From Octopus sinensis (taxonomy: Eukaryota): 64,000 bases of DNA. Under the pieces are notes generated by a model. That model had not been told where the DNA came from. It was given only the letters and a program-made list of their open reading frames with translations, and did not search any database. Positions 1-13,001 of this stretch are shown here, piece by piece (within the stretch, counting starts at the first letter, position 1; every line of letters begins with the position of its first letter). The stretch covers positions 81,530,001 through 81,594,000 of the forward strand of contig NC_042998.1 of assembly GCF_006345805.1 (NCBI RefSeq). Reading direction: 5' to 3'. The position numbers were made by a program, and so were the translations under genes.

Positions 1-71
1 ATGCCTGAAACAAATAAGCGAATAAAAGAATATACATACATACATACATACATATATACATACATACATTC

Positions 72-166
<95 letters not shown>

Positions 167-375
167 TGCAGTTGAAACAGGGTTATGATTATGTACCCCC
201 ATGTATCATAGAAGTGTGTCATACTTCTTGGAGAAATATAAGTCGAAAGTTTTCCAAGAAAACTATTTGCTTCTTACATCACCCACGCAATGAAGGTGAA
301 TTAAATTTCAAAACTGTTTTATATACATCACCCTATGCGTGCACACACAAACACAGACACACAGACACACAGACA

Positions 376-493
<118 letters not shown>

Positions 494-976
494 TATGTAT
501 AAATACACACACACACATATGCAAGAGAGGAGTTTTAAAAAACAAACAAATTTGACTGTTAGATCAATATAGAACATACGAAGAATAAATGAGGCAGAAT
601 TTGATGCGTTTCAAAAAATGTTCTTTATATAATTATCTTTTACCAAAGTTCGATTCGTTTATGCACTTGAAATTTATTTATGCAGTAGACTATTTTGAAT
701 AATTTGAATAAAGCCTTTCTTTCTGTATATAATTTTTTTTGTATAAATTGTTTTCAATTTTTATCATTATATTTTCTGTATGTTTTCTGAGATTACTATG
801 TATTTGTTGTTAATCTCAAATTTGTTCCTTTGTATGAGTGAGTAAAATCCTTTCCTTTTTCAAAAATAAAATTCTAGATAATTTCTCCTTAGAAATAGAA
901 TGGAGAATAAATTTAAAGGAAGCTGTATATTGTCCACAACAATCACACGTTAAACTTTACGTACGTGTATGTATGG

Positions 977-1053
<77 letters not shown>

Positions 1054-1055
1054 AC

Positions 1056-1089
<34 letters not shown>

Positions 1090-1194
1090 TGAAGAGAGGC
1101 AGAGGGAGAGATAGAGAGAAAAGAGAGAGAGATACATAGATTCATATACAGATATACATAAACATATAAGAGTATTAATACACACACACAAATA

Positions 1195-1555
1195 TAGGGA
1201 TAAGCAAGTTAGACAGGGCAATGTACAAAGTATATTAAATACAGTTAATACAAAATATGTTAATATATTTATATACAAAAAGCTCCGATTTACGCAGGAA
1301 TCAAGATTTCTTCCCTGAAAATGGAGACTCGTCTCATCCGACGATGGAACAATCTACAAACATTAATTTGGACCGCTGAGGCCCCCAGAAACAGCTGTTG
1401 TATTCGTAATACTTTTCTTTAACCCCTTTAATTTCTTGATATCATTTCTATTCTGTGTAAGTCGGAGTTTTTTGTATGTCAATACATATACATTATTTTG
1501 TATTAAATTTATTTAATGTACTTTGTATATTGACTCCCTGACTTGCTTATCCTTA
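1195..1555 (+). mobile_element. Fold-back element: diverged inverted arms around a degenerate hammerhead core
   Basis: 1195-1301 is the diverged reverse complement of 1450-1555. The spacer holds CCGACGA-TGG...CCA-GAAA-CAGCTG-TT (1338-1399). Confidence 0.55.
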
Positions 1556-1699
1556 CGTTTAATTCTCTACCCGCTCAAATCTAAAGCTCTTGAGCACTAC
1601 TAAGTGCTATTCTGTTTGGGGAATATCTTATTCTCATCTATGAATTATACTCACAAATATATGTACGTGGTTTGCCGATATAAACATTTATAAACTCTT

Positions 1700-2682
1700 T
1701 ACTCTTTTAGCAGTTTCAGCTAAGTTCATGCTGGGATGGGACATCGCCAGTTACTGTTACCATACCTTCATTAATAATCTTTTGATAAGTGGCATTTGGT
1801 GTAAAAAGGAGTTTGATGCTGCTGACCTCATTCCCACTTGCTCCCGTAAAATTGACTCATCCGGGCTCCTTGACATCAAGTTTAGTTTTGTGTACTTCTA
1901 TATTCACAACATATGGGTCCCTCAGCTCCTTCGGGAAGATATTGAAGAACTGAATACAAAGGTATTGCAGTACTTGGTCCTGTAGTTTGTCGACTGCGGA
2001 GAGATTTTTGGCAGTGTGCAATGGAGCTATCTTCTGGCGTTTGTATAACTTTCCACGCCAAAATTTGGGGCATGTCGTTCTATGATTTTTCAGAGGCATA
2101 TTGCTGCATATCTTTCCCGCTTTCATTCCAGGGAATAAAGACGTTCCCAATAACTAATTTGCTGTATTGAGGCTATCTTTTTCGTGTAGCTTTTCACTGG
2201 TCTGCTTCGAGTTAACGCTGTCTGATGACTATTGCTGGAGGCAATGACCAGGACGGCTTACGACAAATGCTCTTCAGAGGACCATCGTTGGATTCCGGTT
2301 CCCTTGCTCTGAATGATCCAAGAATTCATCCGGTTAGCCACCAGCATTTCATTGCCAACTTAGTAATATGCACAGGGAAGGGTGCATTAACTACTCTTAT
2401 CAACGCCTAGGACACTTACTGATGGTGATGTTGGAGCTGCCATCGCTCCAGGTCCAGTGTATTTTGTCTGCATTGCGTCTAATTTTGTTTGCTGATAGCG
2501 TAGGGCTATATACTAGCCTTGAAGCTGCCCTTTCGGCAGCATTCAGGCTAGCTCCCGCGGAGAGCAGCTTTGAGGCCTTCGGGGCCCATTTTCCATGTTT
2601 CCTTTTTTTTTCTCATTTTATTCTGACGAGGAAAATTTGCGACACTTTCACGGAGTTATGTGTGCTTCCAAACGCTCTGTTG
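1700..2682 (-). mobile_element. Probable 5' part (UTR plus decayed ORF1) of a non-LTR retrotransposon
   Basis: GC-richer block. Broken minus-strand frames include ...PEDSSIAH..., resembling the I-x-x-A-H-R motif of L1-type ORF1 proteins. Resemblance only. Confidence 0.3.
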
Positions 2683-3454
2683 TAATTAATACACTATTAA
2701 TATTTTTAGACTTGAACCTCCATTCGTACTAATCATTTGAAATGTATAATGATCATAGCTAACATAATTTTTCCATCACTTCATTTCCAAAAAATATATG
2801 AAAATGAGATTGAAATAAAATGAATAGGATCCATTTCATCTCAATCTCATTCTATCTTCTATTACAAATCTTTAGTGGGATACTCTAACCGAAACAGGAA
2901 GATTAGTTTCCCACCTACACATAAGTTTTATAAGCTACAAAATAAAAATATCCACCTTACCACACTTGAAACATACCTTTTATAATTATTCGTCTCGATT
3001 TGAATGTACGTGAATGTATCTAGAATTCCCAAACTTATTTCTGCAAATGTGCTAAGCACTGATGCCGATCATAGTTTAGTCAATAAGCGCAGGAGCGAGA
3101 TAAATGCAGAAAAAATATTGGGGTCAATGAGGGCCCTGTTTAAGCGGCCCTTCATAAATTGAACCTTCTTACGATACTCCCTGGGAGTTCATGGTATGAA
3201 ATTCATTGCCATTGCTCCGATTTGGTCGCCCGAGCCATGTATTTATTTAGTTTAAAATGCAGTAAAATTAGTGGGGTCAGTGTGACCCCAATTAGGCGGC
3301 TCTTAACATTTGACCCCTTTAGGACATTACCTTGGATTAGGGAAGTTGCATGTTTGAATTTTGTTGTCCTTGCAACAATGGCATAGGAGTTATCGAAAAC
3401 ATTAAAATGTAACGGACAGAGAAACATCACTCAAATTGATTTAAAGAAGATGAG

Positions 3455-3700
3455 TGTGTGTGTGTGTGTATGTGTATGTGTGTGTGTGTTTGTGTCTGTA
3501 TTTGTCTCCTTGTCATCGCTTGACAACCGGTGTTGATGCCTTTACATCAGCGTAACTTAGTAGTTCGGCAAATGAGATCGATAGAATAAGTAGCAGGTTT
3601 TAAAAATAAGTTCTGGTATCGATTCATTAGACTAAAATTTCTCCAAGGCAGTGCTGATGCATGGCTGTAGTCTAATGATTGAAACAAGTAAAAGTATAAG
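3455..3700 (+). mobile_element. SINE family B, 3' half
   Basis: Matches the 3' half of the copies at 50074 and 58641 (cttgacaaccgg...gatagaataagta...tgaaacaagtaaaag). Confidence 0.75.
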
Positions 3701-3931
3701 TAAAATTAAAATAAAATATACCATCAATTATCATCATAAATATTGTAGCGAAACAGCAGGGACAATATATGGACAGTGACGTATAACTATGTTTCGCTAT
3801 AGACACATGGCTGTATTATAAATTATGGTATGGCAATCTTTATCATATCGCGGTTCACCTATACCGATTCCTCCGTAGTGTCATTTTGCATTTATAATAA
3901 AATAAATATATGCAATTTATAAAAATAATCT

Positions 3932-4328
3932 TTTCTACTGTAGGCACAAATGCCGAAATTTTGGGGGAGGGGGAACCAGTTGATTAGATCGACCCAGTAC
4001 GCAACTGGTACCTAATTTATTGATCCCGAAAGGAGGAAAGGTAAAGTCGACCCTGGTGGAATTTGAACTCAGAACATAAAGACAGATGAAATACCTATTT
4101 ATTTACTACCCACAAGGGGCTAAACACAGAGGGGGCAAACAGGGACAGACAAACGGATTAAGTCGATTACATCGGCCCCAGTGCGTAACTGGTACTTAAT
4201 TTATCGACCCCGAAAGGATGAAAGGGAAAGTCGACCTCGGGGGAATTTGAACTTAGAATGTAGCGGCAGACGAAATAGCGCTAAGCATTTCGCCCGGTGT
4301 GCTGACGTTTCTGCCAGCTCGCCGCCTT
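3932..4328 (-). mobile_element. SINE family A (tRNA-like head), two nested or adjacent copies
   Basis: Reverse complement starts aggcggcgagctggcagaa and has a B-box-like gttcaaattcc. The gtcgacc...gaatttgaact core appears twice. Homologous to 20093-20325. Confidence 0.85.
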
Positions 4329-4744
4329 ACAAATTATAAAAAATAATTAAAATATATATATACAGTACTATACTGTTTCTACTTCGCGCATTTTCATCTA
4401 TCGCAGGAGGTTTTGGAACGTAACACCCGTGATAGTCGATTAATTACTGTATTTCAATGAAGCATGTGCAAACCTCCAGAAATATAGGATTATATCGTAA
4501 GTGAAATTAGAAAGTAAAACCATCCAAAACTACCTATTGTGGCACCGAGCTTATACTTTTGACATATTCCTGTGATTTATTTAAATCATTGTTATTGATT
4601 GGGTTAAGTTAGATTTCAGAGTATTCATGCAGTCGCCTCAAAACCATTATGACAACTATCAGTAGATCAACGTTAAAAATAACTGGCAAATCTTCGTCAA
4701 ATTATCACTTATTCTCAAAAACGCTAGGACGTACTGAATATCTT

Positions 4745-5160
4745 TTATCATTCTATCTTTTACTTGTTTCAGTCATTAGACTGCAGCCATGCTGGGTCAA
4801 CGCTTGGGAATTTTATTCGAATGAAGCGACTTATTTTTAAAGCCTGGTACTTATTCTATCGATTTCTTTTGCCGGCCCGCTAGATTCCTAGGACGTAAAC
4901 ACATCAGCACCTGTTGTCAAGCGGTGATGCAGGGGGTGGGGGACAAGCAGAAGCACAAAGACACACACACACAAATATATATATACATATACATATGTAT
5001 GACAGTCTTCTTTGAGTTTCCGTCTAACGAATCCTCTCACAAGTCTTTGACCGGCCCGAGGCAATAGTAGAAGATACTTGCCCAAGGTGCTACGCAGTGG
5101 GACTGGAGCCAGAACCTTGTGGTTGGGAAGCAAGCTTTTTACCACAAAGCCGCTCCTGCG
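4745..5160 (-). mobile_element. SINE family B, full length
   Basis: Reverse complement of the family seen at 50074-50462, with tRNA-like head, internal (TA)/(TG) tract and aaagat-type tail. Confidence 0.85.
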
Positions 5161-6169
5161 ATTATGACATCTGAATATACAAAATAAAAACAAAAATGAC
5201 AAAAACCGAAAAAAATGGCAAAAACCGGAAAAATGGCAAAAACCGAAAACAATGACAAAAGAACGTATAAAAAATAAAATTTTGAGTCCTAGGTATACGC
5301 GGCCTGATGATCAAACACCACTAAAGGCATCGGTGAAGTAAAATAGTGTCCAGTGAAAATTTAATCTTGTTTTTGCTGGTTGGAATTTTGCCATTATTTA
5401 ATAGATTGCTCTCATACGTGTGTTGTTTAATTGTCGTTGTATAACCAAGATTTATCCAACATCAATCAGAAGAATATTTTATGACATCCAAGCCATGATC
5501 CTCAATTAATCCATCCATCCATCCATCCATCCATCCATCCATCCATCCATTCAACCATCCCACCAATTCTATATTCTTTCAAGTATCGTCCACCCTGGAA
5601 CATTATCAGAAGACTACGTTGGGTGTGGTTTAAAGATTTGGCTTTTATTTCTAACAGGCTGAGCGAATGCCTTGAAAGTCTGTCGCACATATTTTCGTTC
5701 GAAGACAGCAATAAATTAGTCCTTGGCGTCAGAGAAACAACTGAAAACGTAATCCGTAACTTAACATGAAATACGCCTGTTAGGAAAAATGGCAGCTTTG
5801 TAATAAAGAAAGTTTAGTAAATAAAAGAAAATCAGTTGAAAGAAAGAAGACATTCTGGTCACGTCAGATCAAAATAATTCGCAGTAGCTGTTTAGGAATG
5901 TGGATATACGAAAACATCACCACACGACAAATACATTCATTGACATATTCAGACGTATATCAAATAAACTTCAACACACAAACATTCATATATATACCTA
6001 TACAACACTCCCATATATATACACAAGTGAATAAATTGTCGTCTAAATTACGCAAGGATGAAAATAACATTGACATCCCATTTTAACAGATATATTTACC
6101 AAGATTACATAAAAATATCTTGAAATACTAAAGAGTAAATTTATCTAATAACACCTCTATTAGTTTAAT

Positions 6170-7299
6170 CACGGTCTCCAGACGACTTTAGAATCTCCTG
6201 CAACTCTTCTGGAGAGTCTTCTTGTTTAAGCTGGTAAATGCTGCCATAATGCTTGCCTTTATTTCATCTTTGGTGTTACAAGGAGTTTTGTTGGGCTCTC
6301 GCTCAGCTGCGCCTCACTCATAATAATCAAGGAGGTTGCAGTCTGGAGAATTAGGTAGCCAGATGTTGGGGGTGATGTGGTGACAGAAATGGTCTGACAG
6401 CCATGACTGGGTTCTCCTATTTATGTGCCATCGTGCAGAGTCCTGTTGCCTGACATAGGGTCTTCTAGCAGCCACCCTCTTGACCCAAGGCAGCAATGCC
6501 TTCTCCAGGCACTTGATGTAGGCCTCCGTGTTGATCTGAGGCAGTGTGGGGAGATGGAGGCATAACGTCACCATTGCTAGTGATCACTCCAAACAACATG
6601 ATGTTGACTGGATGTTTGACTTTTTTCACTCTTAGTACATGCTTCGGGGATACGGCAAGCCAACGTTTGTTCTATGTGTTCATTATCTGATCGTGGCAGA
6701 AATTTTTTCGTATGAGAAACACCAGAAAATGTTCTGTTGGAAGGAATGCTTGAGTTTGTTCAAAACTTTCGTAGCGCGGTTTTCCTCTTGTCCTTGATGG
6801 CTTGGGATAAAAATTGTTACACTCTAATCTTGTATTAGGAATACCGAAAGTCAACATGCACTACCTGCCTGATAAGAAACTGAGACACTCCCATGTCCCT
6901 GGCGATCGGCATGATTGACTTGGAGAGATCGTTGTCAATTATGGTCTGGATCTCACCAACAAATTTTTATAAAATTTCTTATCAGAACGATCAGAGTGAG
7001 TTTTCCGACAATCCGTACCTTCCTAATTACCATTTCCTCATTCAACTTTTTACGAATCCGCTGCAATGTACTCAGATTGACACCCAAACACTCTGAAATG
7101 TTCATATTGAAACTTCCGGTGCGAATGCCAAGCGGTACAGAATGTTTTTTTTTTTCCAAATTTCTGCCGAGGGAATTGCCTCTTGATACTGTCTTTATTA
7201 CAGACGATGCCCAACTGACTCTACTATCCATACTGTGTAGCTGAAAAAATCAAAAAACAAACAATGTGCATGCGCGATATTTACCCAGCGCACGCTATA
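6170..7299 (-). pseudogene. Decayed Tc1/mariner-superfamily transposase
   Basis: Minus-strand frames give YVRQQDSARWH and WLPNSPDCNLLDYY, matching the QQD-x-A-x-x-H and WPPNSPDLNP-x-D catalytic motifs, plus a KNFCHDQ segment near the first Asp. Multiple frameshifts. Confidence 0.85.
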
Positions 7300-7303
7300 T
7301 ATA

Positions 7304-7348
<45 letters not shown>

Positions 7349-7432
7349 CACACTCTACGCGCATATAGACACATATATGTGTGTGTGTTTGTGCGTGTGT
7401 CTACTTGTAACTATATATGTACTAGCAGAAAT

Positions 7433-7514
7433 ACGTAGACGGCGTTTTTAAATTTCATTATTTTTCATTGCCCGGGTTAAAGAAAATACTGAAATTTAAA
7501 AACGCCGTCTACGT
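7433..7514. repeat. 82-bp hairpin / micro-MITE with 25-bp perfect inverted arms
   Basis: acgtagacggcgtttttaaatttca ... tgaaatttaaaaacgccgtctacgt. Confidence 0.8.
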
Positions 7515-8469
7515 TACGCAGGTCTCAACTACTAGTAGCTGAGATACCAACTTTCTACATTAATAACTCTCCAACCCACGCCAGCAGGGATCATAGGCGT
7601 TAAGTGAAATGTTAAAAAAAAGTTTTCAAAACTCATATGTATATAAAGTAAATACACGTAATTCAAAAACACGTTTTGTGGGCTTATTTTGTAGCCAAAA
7701 ACAGGTACAGACTATAAATTATGAAAGGCCGATTTTGGTCATTCCTTTGACAGAGGTAGTAGATAGCCAATCCGATGATAAATCTGACCTTAGATTTTGA
7801 AAATTTGCTTGAATCCTGCTCAATTAAATCTCTTGTGGCTCCAAATGATGTTATCTGTAGTGCAGCGTTGTATTATCTAATTTTGGTTTGGAAGTGCTTG
7901 GAATACTGGTCAGTTGATGACAACAGTTTCTTCAATGGCTCTGGAGTTTGGGGGATGCAGGGAGTTTAACCTTTCCCCCACTGCAGCATAGAGAAGGTGT
8001 CTCTCCAGGCTACTTCCTTGCTTTACAATACATGCACTCAGTTGCCATTACACCAATAGAAAATCTAGTGTCATCTGTATAATGAATTGGATCATAATTG
8101 AAAGCTCATAAGATCATAAAATTTGCTTCTCTGAGCTGTTGCAACTGCTCTTCGTTCTGCAGTGGAGATCCTATTCCTTGTCAGCCGTGCATACTTTTGT
8201 TCATCACTTTGAGATTCTCTGACTTTTGTAGTGCACAGTTTGTTCGTTTCTTGGTATGCTTCCATTTTTTCCTCTTTCCCTGGACAGAGACATACATTTG
8301 ACTGACCTTGATATATTAGACAAATTTGATACTTTCCTTCTAGGTATGGTTATATATGTATACAGATATACATGGGTGCAGAAGGTAGTAAACCATGAAG
8401 ATAACTGGGTAAAGGAAATTATATTTCGTAATACGACGGGCAGAAATTGCTACGGGCAGATGTTGCTAT

Positions 8470-8738
8470 ACATCGCTGGTCACAATGCGCTTCGCATTCT
8501 TTTAACCTTCAAATGGCGCCACTCCGCTGGCTAAGCGAGCAGGCCAACAGAAGAAAGAGTGAGAGAGAGAGTTGTGACGAAAGAGTACAGCAGGGATCGC
8601 CACCACTTCCCTGCCGGAGCCTCGTGGAGCTTTAGGTGTTTTCGCTCAATAATCACTCACAACGTCCGGTCTGAGAATCGAAACCGCAATCCTACAACAT
8701 CGAGTCTGCTGCGTTAACCACTGGGCCATTGTGCCTAC
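8470..8738 (-). mobile_element. SINE family C (tRNA-like head)
   Basis: Minus-strand head ggcacaatggcccagtggttaa...ggtttcgattc gives A/B boxes. Homologous to 26400-26832 and 44598-44764. Confidence 0.8.
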
Positions 8739-8824
8739 ATACACACACGCACACGCACACACATACACACAAACACACACATATATATGTATATGGAGGC
8801 GCATATATATATATATATATATAT

Positions 8825-10320
8825 ATATGTTAATAAAATAGAACATATGCATATATATAAACATATATGTACGTACCTACCTCTACATGTACATATACAC
8901 GCATATATGTGTACAGGACACCAAAAAGACGTCGAACACATAGAGAGACGAAAAACATAGACACAAACCAAGGAACAAGACAAGCAAAAAAAGAGATACA
9001 GGACAATAAACACAACGAAAAATCCCCTTCTTCAGTCGCTAAGGTTTCATCTACTAAACGTTTCGAAGGATAAAAGCGAGACGTATACTTCGAAGAAAAC
9101 TTCCTTCCTGCGAAAAGCAAATCAATTAAAATTCTGAGATCTTTTCGCAGAGGGGTAAAAAAAGCAAGACGGTAACGACAGTACAAACATATAAACAGTA
9201 AAAAATATATATATAAACAGTGGAAAAATAAATATATAACAGTGAGAGACAGGACAAGGAGAACAAGATAAGAAGGGAGGTTAACGCCAGACGAAAAAAG
9301 TATTGCAAACGCTGGATTATAGTGGACGACGAGAGAGAAAGAATGTCGACCAGTAGCCTTAGAAGGCGGGCGAGAAAAGACAGGATAGCAGTTACGACGG
9401 AAGTATCGTCGCAGATGGACGACGGGAATGGGGGAGGAGGAGCAAGAGGAAGAGAGAGAAGAAGGGGAATGGTGCGAGGAGACCATGAAGAACGGTGAGG
9501 GGGAGAGAGAGAGGAAGAGACAAGTTAAGTGAGGGAAAAATGACGAAAAAGGGAATGGGAGAGAAAGAAAGAAAGATGCAGAGTCGCGTGAGAGTTAATA
9601 TCAAGGCTAACTTGATAAACAGAACAATCTTACTTAATAGGGTGCGTGCGTTTAGTCGTATAATATGTTAATAAAATAGAACATATGCATATATATAAAC
9701 ATATATGTACGTACCTACCTCTACATGTACATACACGTATATATGTGTACAGACACCAAAAAGACGTCGACACATAGAGAGATGAAAAACATAGACACAA
9801 ACCAAGGAACAAGACAAGCAAAAAAAGAGATACAGGACAATAAGCACAACGAAAAATCCCCTTCTTCAGTCGCTAAGGTTTCATCTACTAAACGTTTCGA
9901 AGGATAAAAGCGAGACGTATACTTCGAAGAAAACTTCCTTCCTGCGAAAAGCAAATCAATTACAATTCTGAGATCTTTTCGCAGAGGGGTAAAAAAAGCA
10001 AGACGGTAACGACAGTACAAACATATAAACAGTAAAAAATATATATATAAACAGTGGAAAAATAAATATATAACAGTGAGAGACAGGACAAGGAGAACAA
10101 GATAAGAAGGGCTGTTAACGCCAGACGAAAAAAGTATTGCAAACGCTGGATTATAGTGGACGACGAGAGAGAAAGAATGTCGACCAGTAGCCTTAGAAGG
10201 CGGGCGAGAAAAGACAGGATAGCAGTTACGACGGAAGTATCGTCGCAGATGGACGACGGGAATGGGGGAGGAGGAGCAAGAGGAAGAGAGAGAAGAAGGG
10301 GAATGGTGCGAGGAGACCAT
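8825..10320. repeat. About 1.8 tandem copies of an ~835-bp non-coding unit, flanked by (TA)n
   Basis: 8825-9486 is nearly identical to 9663-10320 (offset 834-838). (TA)n lies on both sides. Related diverged copies are at 15886-16135 and 25880-26110. Confidence 0.9.
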
Positions 10321-10639
10321 ATATATATATATATATATATGGTGGGATAATTATCACTGAAATTAGTGTAATGCAACTCATGTGCTATATGAAAATTGAA
10401 ATATATTTTATATATTATTGTTTAATAATGCCAGTCCATATTTTATATAACTTGCAAGTTATATAAATACGCTCATATCAATATGCTATACTTTAACTGA
10501 TTCATGTACAGAAAATGTGTTACAGAGTATGTAAAGCTTTGTAGTTCTTTAATATTTTAAAGAACGATCGCATGGTGCAAACGTTTATTATCCCGATATG
10601 TATGAAAAATAATAATAAAATTTTAAAAGAATAGAAACC

Positions 10640-11311
10640 AGACAGGAAGAAAATAAATAAAGAATGGTATTGCCTTGATATTCTGTATTACTTGTATTCT
10701 CAATACGTGACGGCATGTACATGGAGTCTACAGATAAAAAAATCACAAAAAATCCTCATGGCAATTGTTAAGGCCATTGTCTGGTACAGCTAATTTCTTC
10801 CATAAACTTTGCAGCAGCAGTAATACTGAATATTCAATACAAGAACATAGACGATAGGAATCCGTGTCACAGAACATTACAGGAAATGGCTTACATTCAA
10901 AAGAAAGTATTTCAGTAACGACTAACCATAACTATAATGGAGACAGTGAGTTTCGCCGTTGCCTCTGTTGCAAACTGGGTCACGTGCTATTGCTGTTGAT
11001 TCTTCATTCAATCAACAGGCATGTCATCGTCGGTGTCCAGTTTTAAATAAGTCGCTAAATCGGTGGTTCACAACTGAGATCTATACAACTCTTGGGTATT
11101 CTCTAAAACATTTTTGGGTAAAATTTCTGTGCACTAAATTGGCTATATTTTTACAATACACAAAATATATTAACAATATTTTAATGCAATTTAGGATGTT
11201 TAATTATAAACATACGATACCATGCTTTAAGCAATGACTGGCTATGAGGGTCCATCCAAGTAAAACAGGAATCATTGGGGTCCACTAGTAAAAGATGGTT
11301 AAGAAACACTG
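10640..11311. mobile_element. Possible hAT (Charlie-like) remnant
   Basis: Ends in ggttaagaaacactg (reverse complement cagtgtttcttaacc, a Charlie-type TIR), preceded by a gggtcc subterminal motif. No partner TIR found. Confidence 0.35.
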
Positions 11312-11939
11312 CGCTAAACGAAATATCACGGTGTCGGTTCGTATTGATATCACGTCATGTGTGTTAATCTTTTCCTAATAGAAACGATTTTATAGATTTA
11401 ATAGATACTTCACCCTGCCTAGCTGTAAACTTCTAGCGATACTACCATTGACATTTCTTATGCTTGCTTGCTTTAATGTGTATCATATCAATTTATATTC
11501 CCAACGATGCATTCTACTAGGTAAAATTGTTTTCAATATTCTGTGTGAATTCTAAATAGAGTACGAGCCTAACATTATGGGGCTCAGATGTTTTGGCCCA
11601 GCTATTTTAACGTCGCTGATTCGAGATTGACTTATTTGACTTCAGACGACTTGGTTCTCTTGTTCTCTGCCTCTGTTCCGCCCTTCTTCTTCTTTCAGTT
11701 TGTGAGTATGTAGAGTGGAGAAAGTGTTGTAGTAATCATGTTCAATTAATAAATTGCAATGTATCTCACTTTCCCCCTCTCTCTCTCTCACTATTTCTAT
11801 CTATATGCACATATTTCCCTGCACGCATGTCTCTGTATAACGTGTGTATATGTGCTTGTGTCTGTGTGTTTGTATGTATGTATGTGTGATTGTGCACGCA
11901 TGTGCTCGTGCGTCTGTATGTGTGTTTTTGTTGTGTGTA

Positions 11940-11972
<33 letters not shown>

Positions 11973-12970
11973 TTGAGCCTCCTTCACCAAAACATAACAT
12001 CACTAAAACAGTCTGAATGTCCAGTGAGTCACCAAATCATCAGCGTCCAGACAAGCACATTAAATTGCCTCATGCTTTGTCACTTTGTCAACTTGTCACA
12101 CTGAGTCAGCTAAATAGCCTCGAAACTGTAACTGACGAAACTAATTCAATTGTCATGAAGTTAAAATCAACGTGCATGCTGGAATCCACTCTAAGAAGAA
12201 ACGAATATGAATAACAATACCACATTACATAATTTAATGCGACACCGTGTAAAGACTCTCACTAGTATTTTATTTAGCATTTCGAACGTACTGTATAAAC
12301 GGCAAAATGCTTATTAAACTGAGGTGGCTGCTGAAAGAGGGATGAGTTTCTAAAATGGTGATATCTTAAGTCACCATCCTTTGAAGATATTACAATATCT
12401 TCAAATTGCTCCTGCAGTTCCAGCATGCAGCAAGGCATCTCCCATATTTATTTCACGTATTTCAAGTATGAGCATATTTACTTATACATAACACAAACTT
12501 GCTTTCTTTAGAGTAGAAATAATATTTCTAATTGGGTGGTCTAGATATGTTTCTAGATTGGGTGATCGTATTTCCGGTAATATGGGCGTGTGCAGAGAAT
12601 TAGGGGGGATAAAATCACAGAATAGACCTCACAAGCAAGGTTAATTAGTAGACAATAAAGGGGAGGGAAATGAGGTGGGTGTATAATATTTATAGCCTCA
12701 ATTAGTTCCCTTAAAGATCAAGCCGGATCGGTTGCTGACGGTAGCTGCTAGTGTTAACATTTGGGAGTTGTGTCAGAGGGATCTGCCAACATAACCCCTG
12801 AACGAATAAGTAGGCAATGAAAGTGGATGGATGGATGGACAATTGAATGGGTATATTTAATATTCATTCGTAAATAAGGGCATTTCTATCTATAATATAT
12901 GCAGCATACCTGGAACGAATACGATTCCATAAATATGTACACACTTCTTTCTCTCTCACTCTCTTTCTGC

Positions 12971-13001
<31 letters not shown>

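Noticed and set aside
8830-10320. 218-aa and 199-aa duplicated minus-strand ORFs
   Set aside because: Low-complexity S/L/F-rich translation of a purine-rich repeat, with no domain motifs.
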